A stretch of 64,000 bases of DNA from assembly GCF_964355755.1 (NCBI RefSeq), contig NC_092680.1, positions 20,593,045 through 20,657,044 on the forward strand, read 5' to 3'. The stretch comes from Antedon mediterranea. Its lineage: Eukaryota > Animalia > Echinodermata. Numbering within the stretch: position 1 is the stretch's first letter; each line of letters starts with the position of its first letter. Positions 1 through 12,379 of this stretch are shown in pieces. The notes beneath the pieces were generated by a model. The model worked only from the letters and a program-made list of their open reading frames with translations, made no database searches and had not been told where the DNA came from. A program made the position numbers and the translations under genes.

Positions 1-839
1 ATTTAATCTTCATCAGTCTTTGGGAAATGTACATCATACGACGTGATTGCGTAGTAGAGATCCGTCATCATTCGAGTTAGAAATCGGTAGAACTTGATTC
101 TCAATCGACGGATAATAGCCTATGCCATAGGCCTACTTAATTATCATGATTAATTAACGTTTCCTAAAATTAATATAGGTAGCCACGTATAGCCTAAAAT
201 GATACGCCACCGTTGATATATCAACATGTAGGGCATAACCCACGTACGTAAGCCTAATCTGTAATTACAGCACAGTAACTTAGCATATATGATTTCAAAA
301 GGAAAGTGCCTACTTACCATTTTAGTCTATCGATATTGGTCTAGTTATTCGGGGATCTAGCCCTTATTGCCATGAACAAATATTATACAACATATTCTTG
401 GATATTATATATATACAATAATCCACACAAATGACCGTAAATATAACTGAGCTAAATTATTTTGTCCATTTCTGACGTAATTAAAACCAATACATTCTGT
501 ACAATACCATCGAATCATGTTGCTAGGCAACCTCCACTGATAGTTAGTTCAAGGCCAGAGGACACTAATAGAACACCGCCACCAAGGCATAATAGTAGCA
601 TTGGATTGTATCTCTCGAGTTATCATTAGTAGGCCTATATTCCATTATTTTAAAAGATTTAGGAATAGACTCCGAGATTTCCAGATATAAAGGCCTATCT
701 GTTGTGGGTAATCCGAATTTTCTATATAGGCCTAGGACCTCTTCCTACCTGTTTTCAGGAAGCCACCAAGGCATCATGTAGCCTTGGATTGATTGTAGCC
801 TATCTCTCGATTTATCACAGGAGTTGAAAGTGGCTTCCT

Positions 840-1112
840 GAATATGATGGTATCTGTAAAATGTGTAAGAATGGTTTAGAAGATATTCAACATTTTCTAT
901 TCACATGTAACCAACTCAATGGCATAAGGATTGAAGAATATACCAAATTAGAATATATGTTAATCGATATCAATCAATTAGATGTATGGGACAATTTTAT
1001 CTCTGGTGACCTGAACACCAAATTAAATCTTGTATTAGGTGGAACTGATAACTATCATATGTATGACGTCGATTCCATATCAAATGTCTTTGATAATAAG
1101 AATTTATATTAA
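840..1112 (+). mobile_element. Degraded 3' fragment of a non-LTR retrotransposon ORF2 (C-terminal CCHC zinc-binding region)
   Basis: Reads ICKMCKNGLEDIQHFLFTCNQL, the CxxC..E...H....C motif typical of LINE ORF2 C-termini; no RT domain visible upstream. Confidence 0.5.
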
Positions 1113-2493
1113 ATAAATATGATTTTACTGTATTTTCCTCTACGTCTGTTTTCTTCAGACAATAAGGCCTACTATATTAGGGAAGATTACACAACATTAG
1201 GAAAAGATAAGATAAGTGTTTTCAGGAAATTATGATTTGGGACGGTGCCAAGAATGTGCGCCTACCATCAGCAGGAGTTCAATTTCATGTGGCTTAGTTT
1301 ATCCGGTAGATTATATCTCAAGTACCCACAACACAGAAGCACTACGATATTTATCTTGGAAGCTGTTGACGGTCTTATCATGGAGTTTTATCTCACATTA
1401 TGAATATAGAATTGCCTATAGAGATCCGTTTTAATATTTATAGTGTGTGCTAGTAGTAGAATTACTGAATTAGTCGTAAGTATTTGATTTTCTACTTCTC
1501 TTTTCATTGGTACCAACCCGGGTACCAACCTGAACCATGGTTGATTTCATCGGGTGTTCGTATCACACACGTACAGTACTTTTACGTTTTGCAGTGATAT
1601 CATTATTTTATATTTAATCATAGGATGATGCTACAAACAATTTTGCTTTTAATAATGAACCCATCTTCAACTTTCGGACCATCATAGATTCGGATGGAAT
1701 TTTCCAGTTGTTGTTGCCATATGAATGATATTTCAGGCAATTTTTTTAGCTGAGCTCTACCTATATATCGATCTCTATCTATAACTCTATTTTACAAAAT
1801 TGTCTTAGCTCAACCCCAACCACGGTAGAGTGTTGACAATGTGCGAGCCAGCGAGGCATGCAATTCATGCATTTCATGTGGTCTATGATGACAGTAATTC
1901 AACAAAACAGTATTATATAATCACCTGGCGAGCTAACCGGTCATGCATCTTGTTTATAGCTATAGATTAATACTAGTTTCGTTCTCAAATGACGTTCATA
2001 TATGAATATGCAGATTATGACGTAACGATTAAAATGATGTAATGAAGCTTCGTTTTAACCTACTTTGAGTTGTTTTTTCTATGATTTGAGTCTAATTAGT
2101 GCATTTTTATGTTTTTGAACTTCTTTTTCTAGAAAATGTAAAAATATATGTAAAAATGGTAATCGAGGCTGAAATGAACCCAAACCCGATTTGAGGCTAA
2201 TTTGGCAACAGGTTGGAGGATTGCTACCCTCTAAATATCTCTCTTTCAAAATAAAAGAAACAAAAATAATATAATACAATAATTATTTTCCATTCAAAAA
2301 AGACACAAAAAAATCCGTATAGAGGTTAGAACCCAATCTAGTGCTGAGAGCACTCAAAGCAAGCAAACCATCAGAGCTACCCGTTACGCCACAAAGGCGT
2401 ACATGACTGAACAGCTGACAATAGTATTGTACGTACTTCCTACGTACATCATTACGTCATAAATATGCATATTAACCTTGTTAACAGCAAGAT

Positions 2494-2568
2494 GCCCGGT
2501 TAGCTCAGGCAACTGAGCGTCGTGTTGATACACGAATGTCGTGGGTTCGATTCCCACGCTTGTCGGTG
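2494..2568 (+). repeat. tRNA-like (Ile-like) SINE head or tRNA pseudogene within a repeat that has a related inverted copy at ~1840-1960
   Basis: GCCCGGTTAGCTCAG (A-box-like) and GGTTCGATTCCC (B box); acceptor stem does not close. The segment gcatgaattgcatgcctcgctggctcg recurs reverse-complemented near 1845-1872. Confidence 0.4.
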
Positions 2569-2759
2569 GAATAGAGTTAAAGCTATGCTGTGTGTGGCTC
2601 GCGCTGATTGTATTTTATAATTTTTTGTTCTGTTTAAATTGCATGAATTGCATGCCTCGCTGGCTCGTAATTTTCCCAAAATTGCGAATCAGTGTTGTAC
2701 CTATTGGCGTCTTGTCAATACCCAAGGAGTGAATAGATGGATGCCTAATAACGCCATGA

Positions 2760-3314
2760 TTGTTAGATGTATTGGTATACAGATTTATTGTGGCCCTTTC
2801 ATACACAATTTCAATACTGACAACAATTATATCGTTGTTTGTTCCTTCAGTCTCTCACGCATGGATCGTCAGCTCGACTATTTCAATTGGAATATTTCAA
2901 ACCTGTGAGCAGATATTTGGTCGCAGATTCGTGTGTTCGATTCCGCAAGATCTACCCAACGAATGGCTGTTCACTTTTCTGTTTGTCTTCTTCGGGTTAA
3001 TCAACCAGATCGTAGTAACTGCTATAATCTATTATGATATTTACAATTGGCATTGGAGACGTCATCGAACGAAAGTGGCAAGGAAGCTAGCGTTTAATTC
3101 TTGTTTATTGTACAGCCTTGCTTCTCTGTTATACCCTGTCAGTTTCAGGACACCACTTATAGGAGGAGCTGCTTTTAAGTTACCATCACATCTTCATATT
3201 GGCCCTGGCTATTACACTTTTGGTGCAGCTTGGTTTTTTCTCGTTATTGGAACAGCTTTTGCGTTTACTGGAAGACTTTTCTGGAAAGTTCTTGTAATAT
3301 TATTCGGGTCGTGA
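2760..3314 (+). CDS. MOSMO: MOSMO (C16orf52)-like PMP22/claudin-superfamily tetraspan protein; start codon unresolved
   Basis: Four hydrophobic segments. Motifs IGIFQTCEQIFGRRFVC..LPNEW, HWRRHRTKVARKLAF and YPVSF..IGGAAFKLP..IG match my recollection of vertebrate MOSMO (VGLVRQCQTIHGRDRTC..LPPEW, HWRREATKYARWIAF, FPIGF..VGGQPYKLP..VG). No in-frame ATG; possible acceptor ttgttag at 2767. Confidence 0.75.
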   Translation: MLDVLVYRFIVALSYTISILTTIISLFVPSVSHAWIVSSTISIGIFQTCEQIFGRRFVCSIPQDLPNEWLFTFLFVFFGLINQIVVTAIIYYDIYNWHWRRHRTKVARKLAFNSCLLYSLASLLYPVSFRTPLIGGAAFKLPSHLHIGPGYYTFGAAWFFLVIGTAFAFTGRLFWKVLVILFGS

Positions 3315-3357
3315 CGTTCTGACATTTCGATGAGCCGTGCATAATAATAGTTCATCC

Positions 3358-3497
3358 TAAAGCTCTGTCTACACTATCAAACTAGTTTGACAAAAAAGTG
3401 TGATGTTCACAAATATGGTAGTGATATGACATCATCATGCCATATATGGGCACATCATATTTTTTTGTCACATAAAGTTTGATTAGACAAGGCTTAG
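3358..3497. mobile_element. MITE family A (PIF/Harbinger-like; TIR AGCTCTGTCTACACTATCAAAC), degenerate right end
   Basis: Same family recurs at ~4872-4965, 13973-14128, 20792-21092, 24942-25073, 31518-31649, 32370-32522, 33089-33345, 33644-33799, 35764-35922, 37104-37232 and 41051-41184. Confidence 0.7.
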
Positions 3498-3949
3498 TAC
3501 AGTAATATTATTTAAAACTTGTTTCTTTTTGTTTTTAAAAACGTTCGTTCGGTGGGATGTTTTTATGATTAAGGGTCCCCACCCGACAGTGATTTAGTTC
3601 ACTCTTGGGGTGCACTGTCTCATGTTCTGGCTATTTATTATGATTATGTATTTTATTTTTTTGTTTTTAATTGTTTTGAGACAAATACATGAAATGAAAT
3701 GTCGACACAATATTATATAGTGCATCTAACGGCCAGATGGATGTGTATTATATTTTAAAGACTTTTGAGAGTCTATTTTAGTTTCGCGATTTGTCAGGAT
3801 GTGATTAAATCGATTTAAATTAAATGACAACGCTTGCAAGTTTCAAGACAATAATTTCACATAAACACAATAAACGGTTTTCTTTTTTTTATTGACATAA
3901 TTTGGCAATACAAATTCGTTTTCTATATCATATTAAGCGAAGTACGTTT

Positions 3950-4025
3950 CACGTGACAAAAATCCATCAATTCGCACGTTCTTCTGCGCAGAAGTTTAGC
4001 GTGCAAATATCATACGTTACACAAA
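3950..4025 (-). promoter_or_regulatory. SECIS element (type II) in the 3'UTR of the PRXL2B/SelU3-like gene
   Basis: Minus strand reads ATGAT-ATTTGCACG-CT-AAA-CTTCT-GCGC-AGAAG-AA-CGTGCGAAT-TGAT: AUGA/GA quartet, 9-bp helix II with one G.U, unpaired AAA and an apical mini-stem. AATAAA follows at ~3888-3893 (minus). Confidence 0.85.
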
Positions 4026-4167
4026 ACGCCTTGAACTTAACATTGACATAGAAAAGATGTCATCACTTACTACAAAAATTAACATTTTTTATTTACATAT
4101 TTAAATTTCAAAGACATTATTATTTTATTAATACCGATATTACGTATATAAATCACATGTAACATTA

Positions 4168-4572
4168 CATCTTGGATCCCACTAGGGCGCAACGCAAGCG
4201 AGTTGACCAATGACAAAGCGACAGTTCGGATAAACCATTGCTTGTGATTGGTCAAATTATTTGCGTTGCGCTTACGTCCTTGTGTTACGTCCTAGTGGGA
4301 ACCAAGCTTTAAACTGATAATAGAGATACAGTCTTTTTAACATGATTGATAGAAAGACTTTGGCGACGTATTTACTTGAAGAGCAAATTGTTTTGCTATG
4401 AAACAAGTTTAAGCTTGGTTCCCACTAAGACGCAACGCAAGGACGTAACGCAACGCAAAGTGATTTGACCAATCACAAGCAATAGATTATTCGAATAGTC
4501 GCGTGTGATTGGTCAACTCGCTTGCGTTGCGTTTACGTCATTGCATTGCGTCCTAGTGGTAACCAAGCTTTA
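4168..4572. mobile_element. Two copies (4168-4310, 4411-4572) of MITE family B (AGCTTGGTTCCCACTAG termini, Harbinger-like); a third degenerate copy at ~38659-38811
   Basis: Terminal inverted repeats agcttggttcccacta...tagtgg(g/t)aaccaagct flanked by TAA/TTA; internal gcaacgcaa repeats. Confidence 0.7.
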
Positions 4573-4996
4573 CTGTACGGACTAGTGTATTTACTTAACC
4601 TTAAAGTGTAGCTCCGGGTTTAAAATTATATATTGTTTATTATAAATATAAACCTCTGAAACAACATTAGTTATGGTTATTTGGTGAAGTGTCATGGAAT
4701 AATATATTGGCCAGGTGTAAAGCAGCCCAAACTAGGAACACTATGACAATGGTGTTGATGTGATTAATATAATAATAATGATAAAATCAACACAATTATC
4801 AGAAAAAGCATGTAACAAGTAATTGAGCACACGATCAATAAAGTTATAATTATAGAATTTAGATTAACATTAAGGTCCGTCTACACTATCAAACTAGTGC
4901 CCAAATATGGTAGTGATATGACATCATCATGTCCATATGTGGGCATATCACATTTTTGTGAGCATTACAGTATTAGTATAAACATGCTACACATCA

Positions 4997-7900
4997 CTAC
5001 AGTGCACAAACATCTTCGCTACATTCCACCTTGGCCTCTTTCTTTTCTGTACCACTAGCACCTTCTGGAAAACAATCGCCCCCTTCACATGCTGGCTGAT
5101 CACCCTCATCCGATGGTTGCACGGGTGGCTTGCCTTTGATGTCCAAGGCATCTAGTATAACCTGAAGGGCAACATGATCTCCAGGCCCAGACTGCTTGAA
5201 GTCTAGAAGTACTTTCTCTCCCTCTGAAGAAAAGATAAATTAATTGATAACAACTCAACTGCATCATCATGTTAGTTGCTTTTTAATACCTTCTTGCTCC
5301 ATTAACAAAGTATTTTATTTAATGTAATAACGTCTTAGGTCTTTAAGTCTCTTTTTAATAGACTATAGATCTTATACCTCTGACTGTTGATAATAATTTG
5401 TTTTCGTGTATTTATTATTTTATGAGAAAACTGTTAATAATCAGTGAAACTAAAGTCAATAAAAGAACTATCATTATCTTGGCTATGAATTGTAAATATC
5501 TAATCATATATTTTTATATACTGACTGCAATATAAATATTATTTAATTGATTGTAAGAATGGATTAGACAAATACAAACTGGTGGTTGATGATGGCTATA
5601 GGGGTGAAAATATGACCCCTTACCCCTCAGTCTCTGAAACACTTACTTAGAATGGATTACAATAGAGGTTCAGGGCCATAGCCAGGATCTGTCAAGGGGG
5701 GTGGGGTTCGAACACTAAGTAATTGGGTCACTGCCCACCTGTAGGGGTGAAAATATGACCCCTGACCCTCAGTATCTGAAACACTTACTTGCACTGACAA
5801 TCAGTGTTCCACCAATTTGTAATTTTTCGCCTTTTACATCACCTTCAATCTTCTCTTCTTTGGCCTAGAAAAATATAATTAATGATAATTAAATTAATGA
5901 TAATTAAAAAAATTATGTCTATAAACCATCCTTGGGTAAAGTTTATCAGGTATGAATATAATCAAGGCAATCTAATAACATGATAGTGAGCTCCGGAGAT
6001 CAAAGGGTTGCAACACAATCACTTCCACGGCCCTTAACAGACACAGAGAGCCGCGGGGGAATATGTACATAGTACAGTACTATTGGCATAATGTCGCAGC
6101 AGCCAGACATAAGATCAAAGGACTGTTACAAGTTCCTATCTTGGTAAGGCGAGCTTAGTGTCCTATTGTTAGATAGCCTTGAAATAATCAACAAGTAGAA
6201 TAACAAATATTATATTTACTCTTTGAAGTTCCGCCCTAAGTTTACTGCTAAAGAGAGCTTTTAAGATCTTCCACCATGAGAACCTATGGTAACCAAGTGC
6301 TTGATATGTTTCATGCTTTGCATCTATATACAATTCTAAATAAACAATTTGAAAATATAAAAGTATGCAGTTATGTGGGATTTGTTCTGGTTTTAGGTTC
6401 ATGAATCAGTTAACTAAAAGGCAAAAAAAAAAAACTCTTATAAATATTGATTGATGTTTGGTGTATTATTCAGTTATCTGCTAGGTTAATAGCCTATAGA
6501 TGACCATCATAAATTTGTATACGACAAACATGATGAAACTGTATTTTCATATCATTTTTCTAGCATTTTCAAACTATTTTTGCATAGCTTGGAAAAATGA
6601 AATCTCTCATGAGTATTTATGAAAAGCATTGCCAAACAAGAAAGGCATAGTACAGTATTTTTTGCTTTAAAAAAAAATCTTTTCAAAACATACCACCATC
6701 AAAGTATTTGCCTGCAACAAAATCCTCTACTCCAAGCTCCTCTAGACCCACTCCAATAAGACGAACGTTGTGCTCGTCAAGCTGGGGTTTAAGAGAACTG
6801 AGTTCTCTGGCACCCAGCCTACACAAAGATCATCCAAATCTTCTCATGAAGTGAAAAATGCATGGCTGTGTCTCCCACAACGATCCCATTGTCACGGTCT
6901 GAAAAATACAGGGTGTCTATCTTTACGAAGATCAATAGTGTACTTCAATTCAATTGAAAAATAGATGTTTGAAAATTAAATATACTAGTAATAGGTTATG
7001 ACATCGCTTTATCGTAAGCCAATCAGATGGCTGAGCGGTCAGTGCTCAGGACTCTCGTAGCATTAATTGGTGCCATTTTTTTTCTTTATTGACCATCATA
7101 GTTTCTCATCATTTTCCAAGAGGGATGTTTTTTTTGTAAGGCACTATTGGTCATGAAGGATAGCCTGTGATTTAAAAAAAGGATAAAATAAAGGCCTAAC
7201 CATGGATAGCTCCATGTGACATTAGTCCAGTCAAAAATCACCCTCACCATGGTATAAGAACGTACCCTAATCAAATTTCATCCGTAGGTTCTATGTATAT
7301 AGGTAATAACATTTCTTGATGTTGCGTCTTGCAAAACTTGGGATTTTACGAGAAAATTAGACTTTTATACCCAATTTATAACCGCCTCATGTCGTATTAT
7401 TGTGTACAGCGAATTCGACGAAGCGTGACTAAAATTACGAGACGCCGTTAGCGCCCGTTGAAAAATGCATTAACAAAGCTAAAAACCTACAAAATTAATA
7501 GTTTATACAATAATTTAAATATCGTTTACAATAAATTGTATAATAAAATACATAACATATAAAGAAAACCCAAGTATAATCTCAAATATTTACAGATATG
7601 TGTTTAAAAATGTACAAATCAAAATGGCCTTCCATAAAATAAAGTGCGCCCTCACTCGTCATACTTTTATCGGACTTGTATGGATGGTTAAAAAAGGCAT
7701 TAATTATGAAACACGATGCGGTTTGTTAGTTATTGCCTCTGCAAGAGGCAGAATATTATATTTTCACAAATATATTTCTAATTTTTATCATGGAAAAAAA
7801 GAATTGTATATATTTAAACACATTACAACCTCCAGTATACCATCATGATGGATTAAGTGTATATTTGTATATCTGCTGAAGCGTAATGATCTACTACTAC

Positions 7901-10900
7901 TAGTTTTGCTGGTTTTATTTTTAGACATTCTTTTTTTTTCACAGCATTACTTGCGTGGATATCACAATGCATTGCATATTTTGAACTATCATTCGCGATT
8001 ATGATCTTAATTAGAGTAAGAACCAATCATTTAAGGATAATCCATTTCGTGTAGGCCTATACGAAAGATACTAGGCCCCCTACCTCAAGTAGCCCTACTT
8101 TCACTTTCCAACAATTATTAAGAGCGTATCAAAGGGGCTGGTTGGCATTCGTCTGAATCAACATTTATCATTTTTCCTTTTCACCCGCCGATGCCCCCAC
8201 TGCCAATGGGGAGGAGGAGCCGGTTTGATCCTCTCTGAATCCGTCTGGCCTTCACATCGTACCGATGTGTGAAGTTTGAGCCAATAAACGTCATTCATGA
8301 CGATTCTTTAAGTTCGAAGTCGTCTTCCAGAATTCAAAGCATTCTAAATTTAAAGTATTTTCCCGTTTTTCCACCGTTCACATTTCACTAAATAAAAGAA
8401 AGTGAGAATGTTGGAGTGTGATGTAAGATTCGCGAGAAACGACATACTGTATTACCCAATTCTCCCAATTTTTTAAGACGTGACGTATATTAAATACATT
8501 CTAATATAAAGTGTTTTGGTTGAGAGTAGTCCTACAATTATTATTGGACATTTTATACACAAAAGTATGTCATAAACGATCGGTTCACCTCCACGGCCTG
8601 AAAGTTCTCACTTGGGACAAAAAAGTAAAGTCCAGAAAAAAAGTTTTATATGCATTTATTTCAAATATTGTTATCCGCCGAGTCCGACGCATTTTAATGC
8701 ATTTAGAAAATTTAAAAAGCTTGGGAGAACACAGTAGTTTAATTTGTTGGCTTATTCAAATACTTATAAATGACGTTTTAAACCTAAAAGATGTAGGCTA
8801 TTTTTCCCAAAAGTGAAGATGAACATTAATTAATTAATTGTAAAAGAATAACACAGTTATCCGTCAGAAGTCTTCGAACAGAAAGAATCTTCGGTGGCAG
8901 GATTACATTTTCTAAAACACGAAATTGTCTCACACATCATACGATATGGATGCCAATAAACAATTCAAAGAAAATTAAACAAAACTAACAATCACAAGGA
9001 TTCTTTGTTGCGGATAACCAATGAGAAAATATTTCAGAGTACTTTATTAATGTAAATCTTTATTATATCGTATATGCGAAATGGACTGTCATTTAAAAAT
9101 GATTCTTACTCAAATTAATATTGACTATAATCGCGAATAAACAAATGCATTGTGATATCCACGCAAGTAATGCTGTGAAAAAAAGAATGTCCAGAATATA
9201 ACCAGATAACTAGAAGATCATGACGCTATAGCATATACAATACGGCGCTTCACTTAATCCATCATGATGGTAGACTGGAGGTTGTATGTTTAAATATATA
9301 CAATTCTTTTTTTCTATGATAAAAACTAGAAATATATTTGTGAAAATATAATATTCTGCCTCTTGCAGAGGCAATAACGAACAAACCGCATCGGGTTTCG
9401 TAATATTAATGCCTTGTATAACCATCCATACAAGTCCGATAAAAGTATGACGAGTGAGGGCGCACTTTATTTTATGGAAGGCCATTTTGATTTGTACATT
9501 TTTAAACACATATCTGTAAATATTTGAGATTATACTTGAGTTTTCTTTATATGTTATGTATTTTATTATACAATTTATTGTAAACTATATTTAAATTATT
9601 GTATAAACTATTAATTTTGTAGGTTTTTAGCTTTGTTAATGCATTTTTCAACGGGCGCAAACGGCGTCTCGTAATTTCAGTCACGCTTCGTCGCATTCGC
9701 TGTACACAATAATACGACATGAGGTAGTTATAAATTGGGTATAAAAGTCTAATTTTCTCGTAAAATCCCAAGTTTTGCAAGACGCAACATCAAGAAATGT
9801 TATTACCTATATACATAGAACCTACGGATGAAATTTTATTAGGGTACGTTCTTATACCATGGTGAGGGTGATTTTTGACTGGACTACATGGCCTGTGTAA
9901 ATAAAACTCTAGCTAGACCACTGATGCTGTACAGTGTTTATAATATTACTATAGTACTCTTATAGTAGACAGATAGTACTATTTCTACTACTCTGTTATA
10001 ACAATACAGTATTAACAATCAACAATTTCAAATTGCGCAAAACATCCAATCACAGCTCGCAGGAAATCCGGTCTAGCTAGCCCAGCTGCCCTTCCTAGTA
10101 GTAGCTAGCTCTGGTTATAGTATGGTTTCGATCCAAGTCGGCCCTAAACCGTCTCGGCCAAAGTCAAGTCGGCCCCAAGTCAAGTCGGCCTCAAGTCAAC
10201 TCGGCCTCAAGTCAACTCGGCCTCAAGTCAACTCGGCCTCACGTCAACTCGGCCAAAAAATAATCGGTCAACTCGGCCCCGTTAAAGTATGGAACGCAAA
10301 AAGTGCAAATGAAGGGGATTGATAAAATAATATTTCTTCTTTTTTAACTATGAATAATTCTGACTTTTAATTAATATTATTATTTAGACAATAATATATT
10401 TAGCAAAAAAAAATAGGAATGATTTCACCAACTTTCCTTTAATTATTTACGTTTAATAAAATTTCTTAGCTGAGCCTCCCTGCGCGTTTGCCAGCTTTTT
10501 CGATATCTACAACTGCTACGTGTTTTCGCTGACCGGGGGATTCCCCTTTTTTTTAAAACGCAAATCATGCACAAAAACGATGTACGATCATTTTTTCTAT
10601 GGCCAAATGGTGGAACGTAGGCCTCCGTCTTCGATTTCCTTAAATACGGTACCTGCACGTGTTTTTTGGTAACACGCGGGTACTTCTATTCATATCGACA
10701 ATGAGTTCATTTTTTTATAAGACACACAAGTCACAAGTCACAAATCAGTTTATTTGATCCAAAAGAAACAAAAATACAAAGCAAAAAATATACAAAAGGA
10801 CCAGGGCGACTTCCATTAAGGCCAAAAGCCGCATGCATGGAAGCCACCCGAACATTTTAAATAATATATAATTCTCATGTATATAATATAATTAAAAAAT

Positions 10901-11513
10901 TAACAAATCATAACATTAACAAAATCATATCAGAACAGCTACAACCCATCTCTATTACATATATAACAATTTTGGATATAACATACATCATCATATTCTG
11001 AAATAAAATTATTTTTTAAATATGTAGAAAAACCTTTCAAAGAATGTGTACCTTTTCAGTAATCAAATTTACAGTATTGTTAATTAATAAATATATGATA
11101 TTATATTTTTTATTTCTTCATTTTTTTAAAACGTGGATAGTAAGAATCGTAATAATATTAAGCACTTTTTGCGTTCCATACTTTATTGTGGCCGAGTTGA
11201 CCGATTAGTTTTTGGCCGAGTTGACGTGAGGCCGAGTTGACTTGAGGCCGAGTTGACTTGAGGCCGAGTTGACTTGGGGCCGACTTGACGTGGGCCGACT
11301 TGACTTTGGCCGAGACGGTTTGGGGCCGACTTGACCTGCACCCTATAGTATTAGTAGTAGGAAGGCCTACTCTAACAAGGCCTAGCTAGCTAACTAAGCT
11401 AGGCCTAGTATAGTTCTTTCGACTGCTGCTTGCTTTCTTTTAGATTATTAATTACATACCTCTTTTGTAGATACACTTTTCAGAAGGTTACTAGCAACCT
11501 TTGACAGATCCAT
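4997..11513 (-). CDS. PRXL2B: Peroxiredoxin-like 2B / prostamide-prostaglandin F synthase family (SelU3-type) selenoprotein, 225 aa; exons 11513-11460, 6898-6694, 6335-6220, 5864-5789, 5223-4997; Sec TGA at 6832-6830
   Basis: GT-AG exons with consistent phases sum to 678 nt. Protein MDLSKVASNLLKSVSTKE-TVTMGSLWETQPCIFHFMRRFG[TGA]SLCRLGARELSSLKPQLDEHNVRLIGVGLEELGVEDF..YFDGELYIDAK..LQIGGTLIVSAKGEKVLLDFKQSGPGDHV is colinear with FAM213B (RRFGCxxC, VRLVGVG, GELYLD, GGLLVVSKGGDKVLLHF). Confidence 0.9.
7223..9886. mobile_element. Non-autonomous DNA transposon with ~750 bp terminal inverted repeats (TAGTCCAG...CTGGACTA, possibly Academ-like) in PRXL2B intron 1
   Basis: 7223-~8040 is the reverse complement of ~9075-9886 (mirror ORFs 7600-7848 and 9210-9509); CAT directly flanks both ends (3-bp TSD; a TA TSD reading is also possible). 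No transposase ORF. Confidence 0.8.
10124..11343. mobile_element. Non-autonomous DNA transposon with imperfect TIRs, subterminal AAGTCAACTCGGCCTC repeats and 8-bp TSD
   Basis: TATAGTAT at 10116-10123 and 11344-11351; inverted arrays of ~16-bp CAAGTCAACTCGGCCT units at both ends. A probable LINE 3' tail is nested at ~10725-11060. Confidence 0.8.
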
Positions 11514-11814
11514 TGTGACCTCTAATACGTCAATATGACACACACAATTAAGTTTTATTCTCTCTCTCTAATAATGATGAAGGAAATTCTTCTCAAGTTA
11601 CATAACCCCGTTTTGGTCATGTGCTGTAAAACACAATCCGCCGCTTATCATGCGCTTATCACGCATGAATGCACAATCTTGTCAACCAATCGATCGAGGT
11701 CAGTAATATTGCGCCCCCTAAATATCAACTACCGAAACTCTCTTTGCTGCGCGTTTTATTTTATTTTTTGAACATTTCTGGTATTTATGACTTTTGACTG
11801 TAATTCACTGTCAG

Positions 11815-12215
11815 ATATTAACATACGAAAAGATATTAACATTCAGTGACTTATTTCTATTTTATATCACTGTGCTCCACTGGCTCCAAACAGTCCTGGC
11901 TCCAAATTGGGTCCACTTGAGCAGTGTATTAACATACGAAAAGATTTAAAATTCAGTAACTTAATTCTATTTTGTATAACTGTGCTCCCCTGGCGCCAAA
12001 TTGGGTCCACTTGAGCACAGTGTATTATTAACATACGAAAAGATTTTAAAATTCAGTAACTTATTTCTATCTTATATAATGTGCTCCCCTGGCGCCAAAT
12101 TGGGTCCACTTGAGCACAGTGTATTAACATACGAAAAGATAGTAAATTTAGTGTCTAGCTATTTCTATTTTATATCACTGTCCTCCACCGGTGCTAAAAT
12201 TGGTCCACTGGACCA
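11815..12215. repeat. Degenerate tandem repeat, ~95-110 bp x 4
   Basis: Recurrent ttaacatacgaaaagat...ttcagtaacttatttctat...caaattgggtccacttgagca. Confidence 0.75.
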
Positions 12216-12379
12216 GTTACCGTAGTACTTTCTATTTCGGAAGTAAATAAAGGCATATATACGATTGGAGCATTTTCTTTTTATTGCTTTATGTTATGTT
12301 TGACACTGATTCATCTTATTAACAATTTTATAAAAGATGAGACAAAAAAGGATCAACAAGGATTAAAAGAACACTTAGA

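Noticed and set aside
2494-2568. Functional tRNA gene
   Set aside because: D-loop lacks GG and the acceptor stem does not pair; it is embedded in a repeat.
6830-6832. PRXL2B as a nonsense pseudogene
   Set aside because: The only stop is TGA at the catalytic Cys position, all exons are otherwise intact, and a SECIS is present.
7600-9780. Mirror-image ORFs as paralogous genes
   Set aside because: They lie in the two arms of a transposon inverted repeat and have no recognisable domain.
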